A stretch of DNA of 64,000 nucleotides from the human T2T-CHM13v2.0 reference genome, Homo sapiens (GCF_009914755.1 NC_060938.1), one strand, 5' to 3'; numbered from the stretch's first letter, positions 31,507 through 47,763 are shown. A program made the numbers and translations. Notes: a model not told the origin generated them from the sequence alone.

Positions 31507-32345
31507 GCATTACTTAAGATTGTGCTAGTTATAATGACAAAATACCTAAAAATACATGATGACTAAGATAAATGGTGGCCAAAAACACTGAGAAAGTATT
31601 TCTTAATCTTGAAAAGTCCAAACACCAATTCGGGGATCCAACCTCCTTCCAGCTTGTGGTTCTGTCAGACTCAAAATGTGGTATCTGAAATTGCTCTGGT
31701 CATCTGCATCAAGCCAGCCAGAAAGAAGATCAAGGCCAGGAACGTAAAGGAGGAGATTTTTGTGGTACATGATATGGGTCGGTTCTATGTCCCCATCCAA
31801 ATCTCATATCAAATTGTAATCCCCATAATCCCCACACGTTGAGGGTGGGACTTGGTAGGAGGTGATTGGATCAAGGGGGTGGTTTCCCCCATGCTGTTCT
31901 CATGATAGTGAGTGAGCTCTCACGAAATCTGATGGTTTCATAAGAGGCTCCTCCCCCTTCACTTGTCTGTGCGCTCTCACTCTCTTTCTCTCTCTTCTCT
32001 CTCTCTCTCTCCTGCCACCATGTAAGATGTGCCTCGTACTCTTCCGCCATGATTCTAAGTTTCCTGAGGCCTCCCCAGCCCTGCGGAACTGTGAGTCAAT
32101 TAAACCAATGTTTTTTATAAATTACCCAGTCTTGGGTATGTCTTTATAGCAGTGTGGCAACAGACTAATACAGTACATTTCAGGAAGTAATATATATCAT
32201 TTGTTATCACATTTTGTTGGCTAGTGCTTTGTCATATTGTCAGTCTGAAGTCAGCTAACTACAAAGGAGTCTAGTAAAGTTAGTCTAGCTATGGACCCAG
32301 AAACAAGAGGGCATAGGTTGGAGAAAGAGTTTTATGTTTCCACAA
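31507..32345 (-). mobile_element. Old MLT1 LTR (split by THE1D)
   Basis: Degenerate MLT1 motifs on both sides of the THE1 LTR. Confidence 0.5.
31770..32172 (+). mobile_element. THE1D-like solo LTR
   Basis: TGATATGG...CTAATACA, perfect TSD GTACA. Confidence 0.92.
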
Positions 32346-32458
32346 CATCTACTAATGAAAACTGGCTTATTTTATGGGTTTTAAAACTATATAATTCTAG
32401 TTTGCATTAGGGACAAATACTGTAAGTAGAAATCCTAAAATTTTGAACAAAAATTTAA

Positions 32459-32819
<361 letters not shown>

Positions 32820-35089
32820 TGAAAAAGTTTTATGCCACTTGGAATAAAATTAAAATGTCTCTGGCTTTTAAAATTATATATGCAATAACTATTATTTTAC
32901 ATAAGGAATACAGCAAAATAAATCTTTTGGAAACACTTTAATCTTAATCTTTAATTTAGTTTTATATTCAAAGGTTGAGAAATTCACATTTATAAAATGT
33001 TGAAGTGCTGTGAATGATGAAACCAAGTAGACATAAAGCATATTGCTATATTCTTAAAATATCTTGTAATACATATTAAAAGAAATTCTTCAATTTACCT
33101 ACTACAGAATTGAAAAAGAAACATGCTTTGCATAAAGACACACATGAATAACACATTTACATTGATATTTAATACTCTAAATACAGAGAAAAGTTTATTT
33201 TAATAGAAGTCTATTTTCCAAAAATAATCCCTAAAATGCTAATTATCAAATAAAGAGACAGGGATATAAGTATCTAATCAGAAACTTGGATTTTCTCCAT
33301 TAATTAAAGAGAAAATGCTGATCAAAAATATTTTTCATTTTATCTCTTATACTATGCTTTTATTTTGCTCCCCATCCCCCGAATTCCCTATGCACACATG
33401 AAAGACAACTAAATAACATGAGTAGTAGAAGAAAATCCCACACATATGCTAGCAAGATTTTTAACTTTTTTTTAACACAGAAACAAACAATATGAACCAT
33501 AAATGAAACAGCAAAAAGCAGTAAATATCTACTGCATTCTGTGACACAAGTATGTAATTATTTTCCCTTGAAAGGTATGAGCATTTTTCTGGTAACATTA
33601 GGTACACAAAATTACCAATTATTATAGTTATGATTCACCATTAATTCCTACAATTACATAAAATAAGATGTAATCTTCTTTCCTTTTAAAAGCTTGACTC
33701 TAAAAATAGTGACACCTGGGGCATCATATTTGAACTCAATAGAAGCTGGGGCATCATACTTGAACTTTGAATATTCAAATTTGATATCCTAATTACATAC
33801 ATTATACAAATGTAAAACTGCTGACTAAAGTATAATGAAGGATCTGTGTGCATTATTCAGGTCTGTGTGTACTCTTATGAGGATTTTAGTGTTACTATCT
33901 GTATATATTAAATAAAGAAAAAATTAAAATACTGTTTTAAAATAAAAATTTAAAAAATTAAAATACTGAGATTTAAAATATGTAGATGTGTTTGGACATC
34001 CCAAAGTAATGTAAACAAAATATCCAACGGTTCTAATCATTGACGACTGTCTTGTATTTATATAATTTCTCTAGTTTTTGTTCTAAAATTACTCATGAAA
34101 ACTGACGCCTTTTGTGTGCCTCATTCTAAGTGACCACAGTGTACTGTGAAATAATCATGCATATTTTTATACTCTGAATTTCACAATGATCAGTGTGTAC
34201 TTGGAGGGAGAGAAGAAGAGAAGAAGTGGGGGAGTAATTAAATAATGCAGAAAATTCTGCCTGTTATTGTACTTAAGTTATTTATGATCCAAGGTGAATA
34301 GTGGGATTTTTGCTGGGATGGGGTGCGGGGGGTGAGTGTTAGTTTCAGAGGAGCTTTCATAGTGTGAGCATCTTGCAGCCTGATTGTAATTTTAGCATTT
34401 GAAGATTCATAATTGAGATACTAATGGCTCCAAGTGCCAGTCAAAACTTCCATCTGCTGCCAGCCGACTAAACATCTGTCTTATCCATTGTTGGAGGAAA
34501 AACTAATTTTTATCCTATAGTATTTAATTGTATACAACAAAGGAATTAAGGACTGACTTTATAACATTTACCCTGTGTAAGATGGAATTCCACTGGAATG
34601 GACATTTATAGTTCTATATTATTTTTCTATGATCCACTTGTATGTTTATATAGTTCCTTATATTAAGTAGATTTATTTGCATTCTTCTCTTTATCTTTCC
34701 AAAGAAACTCATAATCATTATTTCAGCCTTATTTGCATATCCCATTCCTCATGTTTTTACTTGGTTCACTTATGATATCCAGTAACTAATCTTTGAAAGC
34801 ATCTCAAGGCAATGAAATGTAAGACTTATAACTAAAAACAGGTTTCTTAAATTAGAAAAGAAAAACATCAAAAATTATCAGCTTCAAATATTCCTAGAGA
34901 AGGGTCAATAAATGTACAATAAAATTTACGAAATGTTATATTTCCAAAGATGTAGAGAATACTATTATGTATCATCCAGTTTAAGGAAATGTTAAAACAT
35001 GGAAATAATTTATAAAAATTTGAGCTTCAAGTTGTCTTTTATAGTTGGATAAAAACAGCAAGAGAAACATGGGAAGTGCAATAGGGAGC

Positions 35090-35455
35090 TGATATGGTTA
35101 GGCTTTGTGATCCCACCCAAATCTCATCTTGAATTGTAATCCCCAGGTGTTGAGAGAGACCTGGTGGAAGGTGAGTGGATCACTGGGAGGGTTTTCCCCA
35201 TGCTGTTCTTATGATGATGAGTGAGTTCCCATGAGATCTGATGGTTTTATAAGTGTTTGGCAAGTTTATCCTTTGCTTGCTCTTCTCTATCCTATCATCT
35301 TGTGAAGAGGTGCCTGCTTCTTCTTCTGCCATGATTGTAAGTTTCCTAAGGTCTCCCCAGCCATGTAAAACTGTGAATCAATTAAACCTCTTCTCTTAAT
35401 AAATTACCCAGTCTTAGGTAGTTATCTTTGTAGCATGTGAGAACAGACTAATGCA
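35090..35455 (+). mobile_element. THE1D/MST-like solo LTR
   Basis: TGATATGG...CTAATGCA, TSD GGAGC/GAAGC. Confidence 0.9.
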
Positions 35456-36008
35456 GAAGCTTTACAATAATAGTGGTCACCAAAGTAAGTGTTACGGCTC
35501 TTGCTTGGGCTGACCCATATAGGGCTGGAAGAGTTTAGAACTTCCTATATTTTATATATCATTTAAATATTTTTGAATGTTTAAAAATAAGCTTAATATT
35601 TTAATATAATATTATGTAAATTAATACTATATATTGGTATTATTAAAATATTATTTATATTTGGGGTTATCCTAAAATTGTTTCTTATGTTGGTATGTGT
35701 TCATTTTGGAGATTGGAAGCTAAATATCAATACTCTGAATAAAAGGAGTGTCTAAAAGAAACCTTATGGAGACATATGGAAATAAATCTTTACTTTTTTT
35801 GTAAGCATTTCTCACTGCTTTCAATATGATTTGTATTTTTTCCTGTAGACTAAAACTATATTAAAGTTTCAGGGTTTAATGTTTTAGCAATTTGCTATAA
35901 TATTAAAAGCTTTACCAGGAGTGGGTTATGATGTATAAATTCTTGCAGAGGCTTAGAGGCTGAAAATGGTGTTGTACATCTTATTAACTTCATAGCATAT
36001 TCATGTAG

Positions 36009-36064
36009 GTCACAGACTACAATCACAATTCCACTATACTCGAAGTTTGGACTCCTGTGGTCTT
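36009..36064 (+). CDS. Candidate coding exon C (56 nt, phase 1 to 0): HRLQSQFHYTRSLDSCGL
   Basis: Acceptor attcatgtag|G with upstream TTAAC branch motif, donor CTT|GTAAGT. All three frames are open, so the frame is set by exon X. Confidence 0.6.
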
Positions 36065-36202
36065 GTAAGTATTATATGACCTGCAGGAATTCGCCCTACA
36101 TGAGACCTATATCTATAACAGAGAAAAGTAGACAATGGCTTGAAAATGTGGCAATAAGGTGACATAGAATTCATGTTTCTAAACTCCTAAATAAGGGGTT
36201 AG

Positions 36203-36258
36203 CCTTACCGATATTCTACAAGCTGTACTGATCTGAGTATTTGGAATAATGGACAAAG
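36203..36258 (+). CDS. Candidate coding exon D (56 nt, phase 0 to 2): PYRYSTSCTDLSIWNNGQ
   Basis: Consensus donor AAG|GTAAGT. Acceptor is weak (ggggttag|C). The alternative AG at 36194-36195 would give GLALPIFYKLY*. Confidence 0.5.
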
Positions 36259-36309
36259 GTAAGTAAAAAGGCCTCTGTTAGTTGCAGTAGATCACATTGT
36301 AATGTTAGT

Positions 36310-36530
36310 CAAACATTTATTATTATTATTACTTATGAGAAATTATTTGTAAGCACTTTGGTTATTTAAAAATTATGTGAGCCTTTCAGCTTCCCAGTAA
36401 AATGGGTTTGCGTTTCCACTTTTTAACAATGAAAAAGTAAGGTATCTGGTGAGAGTCACAGAGAAAACTAATGACGAAGTAGGATGAAAACTTTTTCTTC
36501 ATTTCTATGTCATTTTCACTGAGCCAAAGA
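36310..36530 (-). mobile_element. MIR
   Basis: Degenerate MIR core. Confidence 0.5.
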
Positions 36531-36899
36531 GGTAACCAAACTCAAATTTAAAAATTAAAATGCTACTTACAATCTTTTATTTAAAATTTTACTTTTGAAA
36601 AATATTTTCTTGTAAGCTGTATTTTTACATACATGTGATTATTTTAATCTATTTTCTTAGTGATATATGATTATTAAAAAATCTAATTTGGTTTTATGGA
36701 TTATCTGGCTAATGAACAGAGAGCCCCTTTTCATTATATTGTTACAATTCTTTCATATGCATATGAGACTTCAGCTTTCAGCTTATTTTCAGGGTTATTT
36801 TATTATTTTTGATGAGCTATAAAAATAGGTATTAATTTTCAATCACAATTTTCATATACAGTATCACGATGCATACTCATACTCACAGCCAGGCAACAT

Positions 36900-37120
36900 A
36901 TTTATATTTACCGCTTGGTATGCACCTCCTATTCTCAAGGAGCACACCTCATCTTTTATCTTTCCATAAACTCTGCAAAGCAAGGACACCAAGGCTTACA
37001 GAGAATATAAATCTTTGAGCTCACAAGTTAAGAAGTGGCAAAGAGGTAATTTACATGGAGGTGGAGAGTATGGGGATGGGTCTGGCTCTAGACCCTTTCC
37101 TCTTTCATTACACTATGTGA
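36900..37120 (-). mobile_element. MIR
   Basis: Degenerate MIR core (GGACACCAAGGCTTACAGAG..TCTGGCTCTAGA). Confidence 0.5.
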
Positions 37121-38369
37121 TCTGCCACCCCACCCTCTCAAATAAATAGAATATCTAGTAGAGAAAATTTATTTCTACCTAATTTTGACATTATAACAAA
37201 TCTACTCAGATGTTTTATGGCCTTTTTAAAAATGCAGGCATAATTCGAGAATTAGTCACTTACTTTGCGATGTGTCTTGGGTTTAATTATTTATTTATTG
37301 TTGCTTTATCTTATTACCTTAGACAGTATCTTGTAGGTGAACTTGACCTCCTTGTGTACTCTGCTTTTTTTAAAAAAATTCAATTAAAATTATTTATTTA
37401 TTTATTTTTCCTTCCAATTTTTACTCTAGGTCCAAACAGTAACAAATGGTTTGCTACATGGGTAAATTGCAAGTTGAAGGGCTTTAGTGAATAGATTATT
37501 TCATCACCTAGGTAATAAGCATAGTACCTGGTAGATAATTTTTTGATCCTTACCCTCTTCTCTACCTCCACCTTTCAGTAGACCCTTGTGTCTATTGTGC
37601 CCTTCTTTGCATCTATGTGTACTCAGTATTTGGCTACTAGTCATAAGTGAAAATATGTGGTATTTTATTTTCTGTTCCCACATTAATTCACTCAGAATAA
37701 AGGCCTCTAGTGTCATTCATGTTGCTGCAAAAGATACGATCTTGTTCTTTTTTTAGCACTGCATAATATTCCATGATGTATATGTACCACATTTTCTTTT
37801 TCCAGTCTGCCACTGATAGACATTAGGTTGACTCCGTGTCTTTGCTATTTTGAATAGTGCTGTGATGATCATATTTGTGCATGTGTTTTTATGGTAGAAC
37901 AATTTATAACCTTTTGAATACATACCAGTAACGGGATCACTGGGTCAAATGGTAGTTCTGAGTTCTTTAAGAAATCTCGAAACTGCTTTCCAGAGTGGCT
38001 TAACTAATTTATGTTCCCAACAGCAGTGTATAAGTTTTCCTTTTTCTCTGCAACCTTGCCAGCATTTGTTATTTATTGACTTTTTAGTAATAGCTATTCT
38101 GACTGGTGTGAGATGATACCACATTGTGGGTTTGATTTGCATTTCTCTAATGACTAGGGATGTTGAGAATATTTTCATATCCTTGTTGGCCATGTGTATG
38201 TCTCCTTTTTTTGATATATTTCCTTTTGGTGGAATTATCAGCCTATTTGAAAAAATAGTTTTGATAAAATTTATTGTAATGTATTGTTTTTCAAGACTAT
38301 TACATATTTTATGGTTCTATTTTTAATATTTTAGTAGTATTTCATTGCATATGTATATTATATATTACT

Positions 38370-38523
38370 TTTTTAAAATTTTATTTTATTTCATTTTAAG
38401 TTCCAGAACACATTTGCAGGATGTGCAGGTTTGTTACATAGGTAAATGTGTGCCATGGTGGTTTGCTGCATGTATCAACCCATCACCTTAAGTATTAAGC
38501 CCCACATACATTAGCTATTTATC
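38370..38523 (-). mobile_element. Younger L1PA 3'UTR tip (~150 bp) nested in the older L1
   Basis: TTTAAGTTCCAG..GTGCAGGTTTGTTACATAGG..CATTAGCTATTTATCC. The host L1 resumes immediately after. Confidence 0.9.
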
Positions 38524-39426
38524 CTTTTGAGGGGTGTCTATTCATGTTCTTTGCCAATTTTTAATGGGATTGTTTGTTTTTTGCTTGGTAATTAAGTTTC
38601 TTATAGATTCTAGATATTAGACCTTTTTTTGATGCATAGCTTATAAATATTTTCTCCCATTCTGTAGATTGTCTATTTACTCTGTACATTTCTTTTACTG
38701 TGCAGAAGCTTATTGGTTTAATTAGGTCCCACTTGTCAATTTTTGCATTGTTGCAATTGCTTTGGAGTCTTCATCATGAAGTCTTTGCCAGAGCCTATGC
38801 CCAGAATGGTTTTCTTCTAGGGTTTTTGTAGTATTGGGTTTTACACTTAAATCTTTATTCCATCTTGAGTTGATTTTTGTATATTGTAAGAGGAAGGGGG
38901 TCCAATTTTAATCTGTATATGGCTGGCTAGTTATCCTGGCACCATTTATTGATTCCCTCATTGCTTGTTTTGGTGTCCACTTTGTTAAAAATCATGTGGT
39001 TGTAGGTACACAACGTTAGTTCTGGGTTCTGTATTCTGCTTCATTGGTCTATGTGCCTGTTTTTGTACCAGTCCCATGCCGTTTTGGTCACTGTGGCCTT
39101 GCAGTATAGTTTGAAGTAGGGTAATGTGATGCCTCCAGCTTTGTTCTTTTTGTATATGATTTCTTTGGCTATTCAGCCTCTTTTTTGGTTCTATATGCAT
39201 TTTAAAATAGATTTTCCCAATTCTTTGAAAAATGTCATTGATAGTTGGATACAAATAGTATTGAATCTTTAAATTGCTTTGGGCAGTATGGTCATTTTAA
39301 CAATGTTGATTCTTCCAATCCAGGTGCATGGAATGTTTTTCCATTTGTTTGCATTATTTCTGATTTATTTCAGCAAGGATTTGTAATTCACATTGTAGAG
39401 AACTTTCACATCCCTGGTTAGCAGTA

Positions 39427-39428
<2 letters not shown>

Positions 39429-39474
<46 letters not shown>
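39429..39474. repeat. (TG)23 microsatellite
   Basis: Perfect run inside L1. Confidence 0.97.
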
Positions 39475-39475
<1 letters not shown>

Positions 39476-39551
39476 CTATTGTAAATAGGATTGCATTGTT
39501 TATTTGGTTCTCAGCTTGGACATTGTTGGTCTATATAAATTCTAGTGATTT

Positions 39552-39846
<295 letters not shown>

Positions 39847-42305
39847 GATTTTTCTTCATTGATTTTGTATCTCCAAACTCTACTGAAGTTGCTTATCAGA
39901 TCTAGGAACTTTTCGGAAGAGACTATGGGATTTTTTAGGTATAAAATTATATCATTTGTGAAGAGCAGTGGTTTGAATTCCTATCTACCTATTGGATGCT
40001 TTTTATTTCTTGCTCTTGCTGATTGCTCTGACCAAGACTTCCAGTACAATGTTGAATAGGACTGATGAGATTGGGCATATTTGCTTATTCCAGTTCTCAG
40101 GGGGAATGCTTCCAGCTTATGCCTCTTCAGTATGATGTTGGATGTGGGTTTGTCATAGATGACTCTTATTATTTTGAGGTAAGTGCCTTCAATCTCTAGT
40201 TTGTTGAGAGTTTTTAAGATGATGGGATATTGAGTTTTATCAAAAGCCATTTCAGCATCTATTGAGAGGGTTATTTGGTTTTGCTCTTAGTTCTGTTTCT
40301 GATTAATCACTTTTATTGATTTGCTTATGTTGAAACAGACTTGCATCCCAGGAATAAAGCACACTTAATCTTGGTGGATTTGCTTTTTTGTTTGCTGCTG
40401 GATTTGGTTTGCTAGGATTTTGTTGAAGATATCTGCATTTATGTTCATTAGGGATACTGTCCTGAAGTGACTTTTTTTTATGTTGTGTCTCCAACAGGTT
40501 TTGGTATCAGAATGATGCTGGCTTCATACAATGAGTTAAAGAAGAGTCCTTCCTCCTCATTTTTGTGGAATAGTTTCAGTAGGATTGGTACCAGCTCTTC
40601 TTTTTTATGCCTGATAGAATTCAGCTGTAAATCTATCTGGTCCAGGGCTTTTTTTGGTTAGTAGGCTTTTACTTACTGATTCAATTTCAGATCTTGTTAT
40701 TGGTCTATTCAAGGACTCAGTTTCTTCCTTGTTCAGTCTTGGGAAGTTGTATGTTTCCAAAATTTATACCCATTTCTTCTAGGTTTTCTAGTTTGTGTGC
40801 ATAAAGGCATTAATAGTCTTTGAGACTTTTTTGTATTTCTGTGGGGTCAATGGTAATGTCTCCTTTGTCATTTCTGGTTGTGTTTATTTGGGTCTTCAGT
40901 CTTTTTTTCTTTGCTAGTCTAGCTCGCAGTCTCTCAGTCTTACTTATTCTTTCAAACAACAAAGTTTTGGTTTCGATGATCATTTTGTATGTTTTTTTTG
41001 TGTGTGTCTCAGTTTCATTCAGTTTAGCTCGGATTTTTGTTCTTCTGTTAGCTCCAAGCAAACCAACCAGCTTGGGGTTTGTTTGCTCTTGTTTTCCTAG
41101 TTTCTCTAGGTGTGATGTTAGATTGTTAATTTGAGATCTTTCTTTTTTATGTGGGTGTTTAGTTCTCTAAACATTCCTCTTAACAGTTCTTTAGCTCTGT
41201 TGTGGAGATTCTAATATGTGGTATGTTTGTTTTCTAATAAAAACAAAACATTTCCTAATTTCAGTGAATCTTAAAGAATTCCTTGATTTCTGCCATAATT
41301 TCATTGTTGCTTCAAAAGTCATTCAGGAGCAGGTTGTTTAATTTCCATGTAACTGTGTGGTTTTTAGAGATCTTCTTAGTATTGATTCCTATTTTCATCA
41401 CACTGTGGCCTGTGAGTGTGGATGGTATGATTTCAGTTTTTTAAAATTTTTCCAAATTGTTTTATGGCTAAGCATGTCATTGATTTTAGAGTATGTGCCA
41501 TGTGAAGATAAGAAAAATGTATATCATGTTGTTGCTGGGTGGAGTATTCTATAGATGTCTGCTAGTTCCATTTCATCAAGTGTTAGTTTATGTCCTAAAT
41601 ATCTTTGTCAGTTTTCTGCCTTGATAATATGTCTAATACTATCAGTGCATATTGAAGTCTCCGATTATTATTGTGTGGTTATCTAAGTCTCTTCATAAGT
41701 CTCTAAGAACTTGCTTTATGAATCTAAATGCTCTAGTTGGGGACATATGTGTTTAGGATAGTTAAGTCATCTTGTCAAATTGAACCCTTTATCATTATGT
41801 AATACCCTTCTTTGTCTAATTTGATCACTGTTGGTTTCAAGTCTGTTTTGTCTGAAATTAGACTAGCAGCTCCTGCTCTTTTTTATTTTCCATTTGCTTG
41901 GTAGATTTTTCTCTATTCTTTTACTTTGAGCCTATTTGTCATTGCATGTGAGTTGAGTCTCTTGAAGACAACATACAGTTGGGTCTTGCTTCTTTATCCA
42001 ACTTGCCACTCTGTACCTTTTAAGTGGGGGGATTTAGCCTGTTTACATTCAAGGTTAATATTGATATGTGAGGATCCCATTATCATGTTGTTAGCTGGTT
42101 GTTAGGCAAAATTAATTGTGTAGTTGCTTTATAGTGTCAATGGTCTATGTACTTATGTGTGTGTTGTAGTGACAAGTAATGGTATTTTGTTTCCATGTTT
42201 ATGACTCCTTTAAGGACCTCTTGTAAGACAGGTCGAGTGGTATGAATTCTCAGGGTGATATTTTAAAGTCAGAATTTTCAAAAGTACAAGCTGAATCCTT
42301 AAAAG

Positions 42306-42478
42306 AGTGTTTCTCAAAAGATGGTTAACTATATCCTTAGCTGCTCATTAAAAGACAAATTTCTAGATCCAACTGCTGATTAACTGAATGAGAATTTCTG
42401 CTGCAGGGTATAGGACTATGTGTTATGACAAGCCCCATCAAGTAATTCTTATTCACTTTAATGTGGGAAAATCACTCT
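42306..42478. mobile_element. MER5-type hAT MITE
   Basis: AGTGTTTCTCAAA ... ACTGAATGAGAAT ... GTAATTCTTATTCAC ... AAATCACT. Confidence 0.7.
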
Positions 42479-43444
42479 TTAAAAGTGTACAAAGTATTCT
42501 GGAAAATGTTATATATTATTTTCATTCATATTTAATTTTCTAAGAAACACATGAAAAAATCTACATATTGTTTTCCTGAATATTTTTTGTTTTGGGAATA
42601 TTCTATTTCAGATTTATAAAATATCAATGTTTCAAGATATTATATCTTAGTTTTGTAAAATCATATTAGGGTCATATTGAATACATCATAGTTGTTTAAT
42701 AGTAATGTTTAAAAATCTTGAGGACCAGTGCTCTCAGGAATACACCATGGATATATATGTGTTAATTTAGTAAGAAAGGCAACAACTGACAATTACTATG
42801 GATAATATATCTCATGCTTGATCCCCAGTAAGTGCATCATTATAAACTTTTTTCAACTGTAGCATAATGTATAAAATTGTGATACAACTCCTAGTTTGTT
42901 GTAACAGCATTTCAATACATGACTGAGCCATATTTTTGTAGAATCAAAGTTTTCTGTACAAGTGAAGGACTTGTAATTAAATGTAATCAAACCAGGCATG
43001 CAGAACATGAATGTTTCCTTCATATCAGATAAATGTGTATCAAAAATGTAGAAGAATGAATAGATTATTATTAATATCGCATGAATTTCATTCTTGGCAT
43101 TTTAATAATCTTTAAGTGTAGGAAAATACTTCTTTATGTCTGCAAATCCAATTATTTGACCCTGATCTCAAAGCATTACTATTCTTATTAAGAATTTGTT
43201 TGTGTTTTTTTAGTTGTTTTTAAAGCACATTTTTAAAGGTATTTCTTTAATAGCCAGTATTGTCCTTTAACATTAGGATTAGGCATTCCCAAAACTGCCT
43301 ACTTATTTAGTAAACAAGGTAATTTTCCCTAGCAAAAGAAGGAAATACATAAACAATACATTTTGAAAAACTAGCACATTTTGAATTCTTACACCTTCTA
43401 AGATGTCTGCATGGATGCATCCACAAAATTCCCCTCTCTTAAAA

Positions 43445-45360
43445 CGATTTTTATTTCTTAATACTTTTTATTACAGTCAAACATATAGGTGGAGATGTAT
43501 GTACTATTCAATCAGTTATCACTACATGGACATTTATGTCATCTCTAGTAGTAAAACATTACTACCATGCAAGGGCTTACCATGTATCCTTTCCCAATTA
43601 TAAATTCTGATCCCTTCCCCAGAAGAAATCTTTCTTGATGCCTAACACCCTAGTTCAGTTTTATCTTCTTATATAAGTAGAGTCAAACAATATGTATTCT
43701 TTTTGTGTGGCTTCCCTGGCTCCACATTATTTTTGTAAAATTAATTACTGTTTTTACTTGCAGTAGCTGTTAATTTTATTGATACAACCATGTTACATGC
43801 AGGAATGTGGCACAATTTATTTATCTATGCTATTGTTGATAGACATTGGGATGATGCTGCATGTATTTCTGTTGGCTTCTGCTAGTCAATAACTAAAACA
43901 CATACAATTAATGATTTACATACAGTTTACTTGTATACAAGAAAAAACCAATGGACTGATTTCTTCTAACAAATACAAAAGCAGAATTTTTATACAAGGA
44001 AAAAAGGAAAAATAGAGAGGAAAAACTTCAGTTAAAATGCCACATTTTATTTTTCATAATTTGAATAAGATGCTGATTTTCTGGCAGTGAGTAAAGAGAC
44101 CAGTCAGGGTTTTCTGTCTTTGGACACTGAAGGTATCTTAAAAGAAACCATTTTCAGTTGTTTGAGGATTTTCCAGAATATCTTTGTTGTTTAACATGGA
44201 CATGTAAGTAGCAGAATATATTTCTAGTCTGACTGCCAGTGTCTTTTTTTAACTTGTTCAGCCCAGTCATGCAAGGTTTGTATCATTTCCCATACACACT
44301 CATAAACTTATTTGTGCATTTGGTTGGATAATATACTTAAGAAGTATAAACAATGTATCATAGGCAATGTGTGTGCTCAACTGCATGCTTCCCAAAATGT
44401 TTGTGGAAGTTTAAATACCTGCTAGTAGTTTATAGAGTTCTATTTTTTTATTATCTCCAACACTTTCTAATGACATATTTTGGTGGATGTGGAACAGCAC
44501 CTCATTGAATTTAAAATTACATTTGCCTTTCCTTTAACCTCAGGGATAATCCAAGGGTTTGACTATTCATTGAATCTTTCTTTCATCATTAAGTCAATGA
44601 ATTTAGGGTATTGTATGTATAGTTTCCAATATAAATGTTATGTACCAAACTGAGGTACTCGTACCTCATTATAGGGGTTGTTCATTGAGAAATTATTAAC
44701 ACTGACAAGGGAAGTGGAATTGATGAGGTGCAGCTAAGATGGGAAATGGCAGCTAGTCATTTTTCCCTGACAGGGCTGTGGGATAGCAATATATTTAGAA
44801 ATGAGTGCTTCACAGGTGATCCAAGACCAACTGGTCTTCCCTCTTCACTGTGTTACCTACGATGAGGACAGAGACCATCAGAAAGTTCCATCTGGGAATT
44901 ATGAGCCTTCAGTATGCCATTATTGTGCAAGTTGTGTTGCTGTTCTGTATGCTTTCTTAAAGTTTTGGTGATGAATGTAGCCTGTTGTATCTCATGAATT
45001 TGATTGTACGTCAAAAAGTAAGGTAATTGTTGTTGGTTAAGTGAAGTGGGCTTTTAAATTTACAAATAGAGAATTTCTCATTTAATTTGTGGCCACTTGT
45101 TTATACTATTTTAGAAAGTTTCAGAAAGTTGGTATTTGATATATTCGTCAATTTTTCTATTGGGTTCTCTGTATTTTTCATATTAATTTGAAAGAATTGG
45201 CTATAATTTTGGATATAAGCTCTTTGTCAGTTATATTTATTCTAAAAACCTTGCCTTAAATTTTTATTGAAGACTTTAATTATAAGTTTTGACATATTCT
45301 TTTTTATCAATATTTTTTATTATAGTTAGTGCTTCTTATATTCTGTTTAAAAAATCTTTT
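43445..45360 (-). mobile_element. Old L1ME/MC 3' region, fragmented by two non-L1 blocks
   Basis: Degenerate L1M motifs at 43445-43880, 44310-44530 and 45060-45360. Confidence 0.6.
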
Positions 45361-45854
45361 ACTACTTTAAGCTGTTTTCTCTTTCTCTCTCACTCTCTCT
45401 GACTCTCTCCCCTTCTACTACCTCCTTCCCTCCTCCCGTATATATGTGTATATATATCACATTAAAACTCTTACCATCACATCACATCTAACCTTACACT
45501 AGCATCTACACAGCACCTTCCCACCTATCATATAACTATCTATGTTTCAGAATAACACTAACCTAACATGAATGCTCCCTTTGATGTACTAGAGCACATT
45601 CACACCAGCTTCCACCCAATTTCAAAGCCATTTCCATATTGTTAGGTATCTGTTACATCGGCAACCCCAGTCTCAGTACCAATTTCTGTCTCAGTCTGTT
45701 CAGGCTGCTATGACAGAACATCATAGACTGGATGCCTTATAAACAACAGAAATTTATTTCTCACTGTTTTGTAGACTGGGAAGTCCAAGATCAAGGCCTG
45801 GTAGATTCAATGTCTGAAGAAGTCCCATTTCCTTGTTTATAAATTGCATTCTCA

Positions 45855-47763
<1,909 letters not shown>

